64,000 nt of DNA. Origin: an uncultured Nitrospiraceae bacterium (GTDB taxonomy: Bacteria > Nitrospirota > Nitrospiria > Nitrospirales > Nitrospiraceae). The stretch is taken from positions 22,477-86,476 of the forward strand of contig CAVSJC010000019.1 of the NCBI GenBank assembly GCA_963728135.1, read 5' to 3'. A program made the translations under genes and the position numbers. Position 1 is the first letter of the stretch, and every line of letters begins with the position of its first letter. Below are positions 60,366 through 64,000 of this stretch, in pieces. A model generated the notes under the pieces. That model was not told where the DNA came from. It did not search any database and saw only the letters and a list, made by a program, of their open reading frames with translations.

Positions 60366-61447
60366 CGGCAGTATTCGTTCACCAGGGTAGGATCAAAGTA
60401 CGGCACATCGAGGACGTGTTCAATGAACCGGAAAATACTGCGGCGGACTCCGACCGAGAGTTTCGGGTACCAGACCGGGCTCGCGACGACCAGGCCCCGG
60501 AACGCAAAAAAGGGGGCCGCGGCAGACGTCACGTTGTTGTCGCGGCTGGCCTCCACATACGTGTCCCAGAACAATCGAAACAACACTTCAAACGGACCAT
60601 GTAACCTGCCCCATCGAATCAATGAGTTGAGTAAGTAGTTCATCGTCATCGCCGTCACGTCGTCGGCCGGTTCACCCCATTCACCGCGCGAGCGGTCGAG
60701 AACAGAAAATTCGGTGCCCGCTTTGAACAGGACATTATAGGGATGAAAATCTCCATGCACCTGCGAGAGCCGGTTGGTGTTGTCGTGCAAGCGCCAGCGC
60801 CACCGATTGCTGGCCTCTTCAATCGCGCGCAGCAGCTCTTCGGTGATGAAGCCGGCTTTTTTCGGATAGCTGTCGGTCAATCCCATGATACATTCGCCGT
60901 GACCGATCAGCTCACGCAGTCGCCGCCGATACAGCTCGGCATCCCGCCGCTTCACGGCATGAATCTTCGCGAGGTAGCGGGCCATCGCCTTGGTCCGGTT
61001 CCGATCCAATGCGCGAAGCGCACCGCCCTTCATGAGCCGTTCGAGATCGAGATGGTAGCTCTTGCCTTCTGTCCATCGATTCAGCACGAAAAATTCTTTG
61101 GCGTCCGCCACCGAAATCAGCTCGTCCTTGTCGGTCAAGGCTCCCACATCCAGCGCCTCCACATGCCGGGGTAGCCGTCCATAGGAGTCATAATCCCACA
61201 GCATGGCCTGCGCGCGATCGGCCATGTGTTCATGACCGAAGGGTCCGGGCTTCATCGTTTCCAGCACCGCTGACTGCACCTGACGGCCGAGCCGATACAT
61301 GACTTTGATCGGTGTGCCATAGCCGTACCGCTTTTGCGTGCCCCGAGAGCTTTCTTTGCCGATTTCACCGAACGAAAGCAGCCGTGCGTCGGGACCGAAC
61401 CGGGCCTGCAGATAGCGTTCAAGAGACCGTTTTTTTAGTGTTGGCAT
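60362..61447 (-). CDS. APH/choline-kinase-fold phosphotransferase
   Basis: HGDFHPYNVLF Brenner motif and LDRSRGEWGEPADD; 4-nt overlap with the kinase gene. Confidence 0.82.
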   Translation of the reverse strand: MPTLKKRSLERYLQARFGPDARLLSFGEIGKESSRGTQKRYGYGTPIKVMYRLGRQVQSAVLETMKPGPFGHEHMADRAQAMLWDYDSYGRLPRHVEALDVGALTDKDELISVADAKEFFVLNRWTEGKSYHLDLERLMKGGALRALDRNRTKAMARYLAKIHAVKRRDAELYRRRLRELIGHGECIMGLTDSYPKKAGFITEELLRAIEEASNRWRWRLHDNTNRLSQVHGDFHPYNVLFKAGTEFSVLDRSRGEWGEPADDVTAMTMNYLLNSLIRWGRLHGPFEVLFRLFWDTYVEASRDNNVTSAAAPFFAFRGLVVASPVWYPKLSVGVRRSIFRFIEHVLDVPYFDPTLVNEYCR

Positions 61448-61579
61448 CTTCGAACCTGAGGCCGATTCACCATTTTATCGGCCAGCGAGCTCAACAATTC
61501 AATCGACACGATCTCATCGGTTTTAGCAGTCACCTCGATTGCGGCCACAGCGGTCGGTTGGGCGACCATGCAAGTCGTG

Positions 61580-62675
61580 CTAAACCCGTACTGCGCGAGA
61601 TTCGATCTCATTGACCCTCTGCACCACCGCGTTCCGGCCTGTCACCTCGTGCACAGTCCCCGCCACCAGATGCTGCACCAGGTTGTAGAAAATAATCGGG
61701 ACCATGACACGAGGAAAGGAGGCGAGCGCGAGGGACGCGAGGACCAGCCCCGTCCCATTGTTGTTCATCCCCAATCCATACATGAGCGATACCCGTTCTG
61801 CCGCGTCAAGCTCGAAGAGGCAACTGAGCCAGTACGCCGCTGCAAACGTCACCACGCAGAGCCCGGTGGTAATGCCGAGCGCGACCGCTAAAAAGTCCCA
61901 GTCGCGGTCGGCCACCGCTTGAGGGAGCGACACGGAAGCGTTTGAGTAATTCAGCACCAATAACACCAGCGCATTCATCAGTTTGATGTATGGCATGACC
62001 GGGGTCAACCGGGCTTCCGGGACGGCGAATCGAATGCCGAGCCCTAAGAGGGAGGGCAGCACCACCCACAAACCGAGAAAGGTTCCGGACCCGTATTTGG
62101 CCAGATGGTGCAATACCATTTCATATTCGTCCGTCGCCATTTCGCCAAACACATAGAACGTCATCGGCGTGATGATTGGACTCAACAGGGTTGAAGACAG
62201 GACGAGTCCAAGGCTCAGCGCCAGGTTGCCGTTGGAATTCTGCGCCCAGGCCGTGGACGCGCCGGCGATCGGCATGGCCGCAACCAGGGCAAGCCCGACG
62301 AGAATGTGCTGCGACTCTTCTGGATTGTGCCACAGCTGCATCAGCAGCGTGACGCAGAAGATGTACGCGATAGGAATCACGAGGTTGGCTACCAGTCCTG
62401 CCGCCATGACCCACAGCTTGCGCACCAGCGAATGTAAATGCGTTGTCTTCACGCCCAACCCGGCATTGAACATGAGGGTCGCAAGCAGCAGCAGAAGAAG
62501 AGAGACCTGGGTCTTGGTCTGGAAGATCCGACAGGTCGCCGAACGACGCCTGCCTGATCCACAAACCGGCGGTTGGAAACGCCGCGGCTATCGCGTAGGC
62601 GCCGATCAAAAACCAGAGCAGATGATGGTGAACGAACTGCGACAGGGCCGGAAAAGGCGATGTGGGTTTCTCCAT
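61580..62675 (-). CDS. Bile acid:sodium symporter family transporter, frameshift near 62528
   Basis: MFNAGLG, GLALVAAMPIAGASTAW, GNLALSLGL, GMNNNGTGLVLA; N-terminus in another frame. Confidence 0.85.
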
Positions 62676-63194
62676 TGGTCTTTCCAAGATTCTGAAAGGC
62701 TAACTCCGCTACTCTACCCTCACGCCAGATCAGCCACCACCGAGCAGCGTGCCAGCTGAGTCAGGTGAAGGCGATGACCGAATTCAACAGGACCTGATAG
62801 GGCACGGTCAGTGTGGGTCGCTGCGAACAGCTATATATCAGCTAACCCTGCCCAGATCTGTCACGTAAATAAATTGCATGCAGCGAAGCGTATGAAAGTA
62901 CCGACAAACAGCTGGCAGACCGAAAACGGTTTCACGATGTGCGTGACGGGTCGCGAACCGCTCTGGGACCTTCATTCTGTACGCAAAGACGTATTGATTC
63001 ACAGACTTATCTATCCCAGCGATGAAACATCCACCGCCAGATTCCCAGCCGTTCTCGAGCAGAGCAAGAGAGCACGCAACTTGCTCAGCGATAGCTAACG
63101 CGCAACACATGCGGCATACGCATTCCCCACAGGTTGTTCTCGAAGACAGCCTTTGATACGTTCCTCGTTCGAAATTAACAAGGGGCACATCAAG

Positions 63195-64000
63195 ATGAAG
63201 AAGCTTGGACGTTTTGGGAAATCGGTCTTAGGACTCATCGGCTTACTGGTAATGAACACGCTCGCCGCCTGCAGCGGCGGCGGGGACGGTGGTGGTGCAG
63301 GGGCACAGGCAGGCGTCGTCAGCGTGTCTCTGACCGATGCACCGGCCTGCGGATACGAACAGGTCAATGTCACGGTCAGCAGAGTGCGCATCCATCAGAG
63401 TGATTCGGCGAACGAGAACGCCGCCGGGTGGACGGATATCACACTCAACCCGCCCCAGACGATTGATTTACTCACCCTTAACGACCCGACGCAGCCCAAC
63501 GTCGCGCTACACAGCCTTGGCGAGACATCGCTGCCGGCCGGACACTACACGCAATTGCGTTTGGTCCTCGAAGGTAACAATGGCAACAGTGCGAACGCCA
63601 ATTGGATTATTCTCGCCGGGCAGAATCCAAACAATGTCCAAAACAGAATTCCCCTTGAGACGCCCAGCGCCATTCAATCGGGCATTAAGTTGATCAATCA
63701 ATTCACCGTGAATTCCGGAGAACGGGTCGACCTGCTACTCGACTTCGATGCCTGCAAGTCGATCGTGCAGACCGGGAATGGCAAGTACAAACTGAAGCCT
63801 GTCATCAAGGTCATTCCCATTGTCCTGAACGGCATAGAGGGTTTTATCCAGACTGCTCTCCTCGGGAATCATGTCATTGTATCGGCTCAGGTTAACGGGG
63901 AAATCCTCCGGGCGACGGTGCCGAACACGACGACCGGAAGATTTCTCCTTGCCCGCCTCGATCCGGGGAATTATGACGTGGTGATCACTGCAGATGGCCA
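63195..64000 (+). CDS. DUF4382-domain lipoprotein (runs off the window; absent from the ORF track)
   Basis: My translation: MKKLGRF...LAACSGGG, VSLTDAPACGY, LPAGHYTQLRLVL, LETPSAIQSGIKL, LLDFDACKSIV, YKLKPVI. Confidence 0.85.
   Translation, partial: MKKLGRFGKSVLGLIGLLVMNTLAACSGGGDGGGAGAQAGVVSVSLTDAPACGYEQVNVTVSRVRIHQSDSANENAAGWTDITLNPPQTIDLLTLNDPTQPNVALHSLGETSLPAGHYTQLRLVLEGNNGNSANANWIILAGQNPNNVQNRIPLETPSAIQSGIKLINQFTVNSGERVDLLLDFDACKSIVQTGNGKYKLKPVIKVIPIVLNGIEGFIQTALLGNHVIVSAQVNGEILRATVPNTTTGRFLLARLDPGNYDVVITADG

Overview
About 64 kb of bacterial chromosome, most likely Nitrospira. This assignment is inferred from gene repertoire and protein style, not from a database search. (1) 1-17.2 kb is intact housekeeping sequence: HAD hydrolase, BtuF-like protein, hpnD-hpnE, family-4 UDG, tldD/pmbA, uppS-cdsA-dxr-rseP-proS and a GAF-PilB/GspE ATPase. 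(2) About 17.6-40 kb is a patchwork accessory region: PilZ, DEAD-box helicase, desaturase, RRM protein, small ORFs, an arsenic cluster (arsR, pstS-like, arsM, acr3, arsC, with divergent arsI-like and sigZ), a membrane-sensor-fused trehalose-6-P synthase with a truncated otsB, a nitrosocyanin-like cupredoxin, glycosyltransferases, SOD and a recombinase remnant. (3) 40011-52501 looks like a decayed ~12.5 kb tyrosine-integrase element in tRNA-Glu(TTC). It is bounded by an 11-bp anticodon-arm repeat and paired 17-bp arm-like repeats, and its cargo forms an apparently complete phospholipid-degradation and beta-oxidation module. (4) 52.5-64 kb holds lipoproteins, a Cys-tailed MarR, USP, PPi-PFK, a pentapeptide-repeat protein, an APH-like/APS-kinase-like pair, a symporter and a DUF4382 lipoprotein. 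At least seven genes right of 25 kb carry single-base frameshifts, probably assembly errors. I found no CRISPR array or rRNA.
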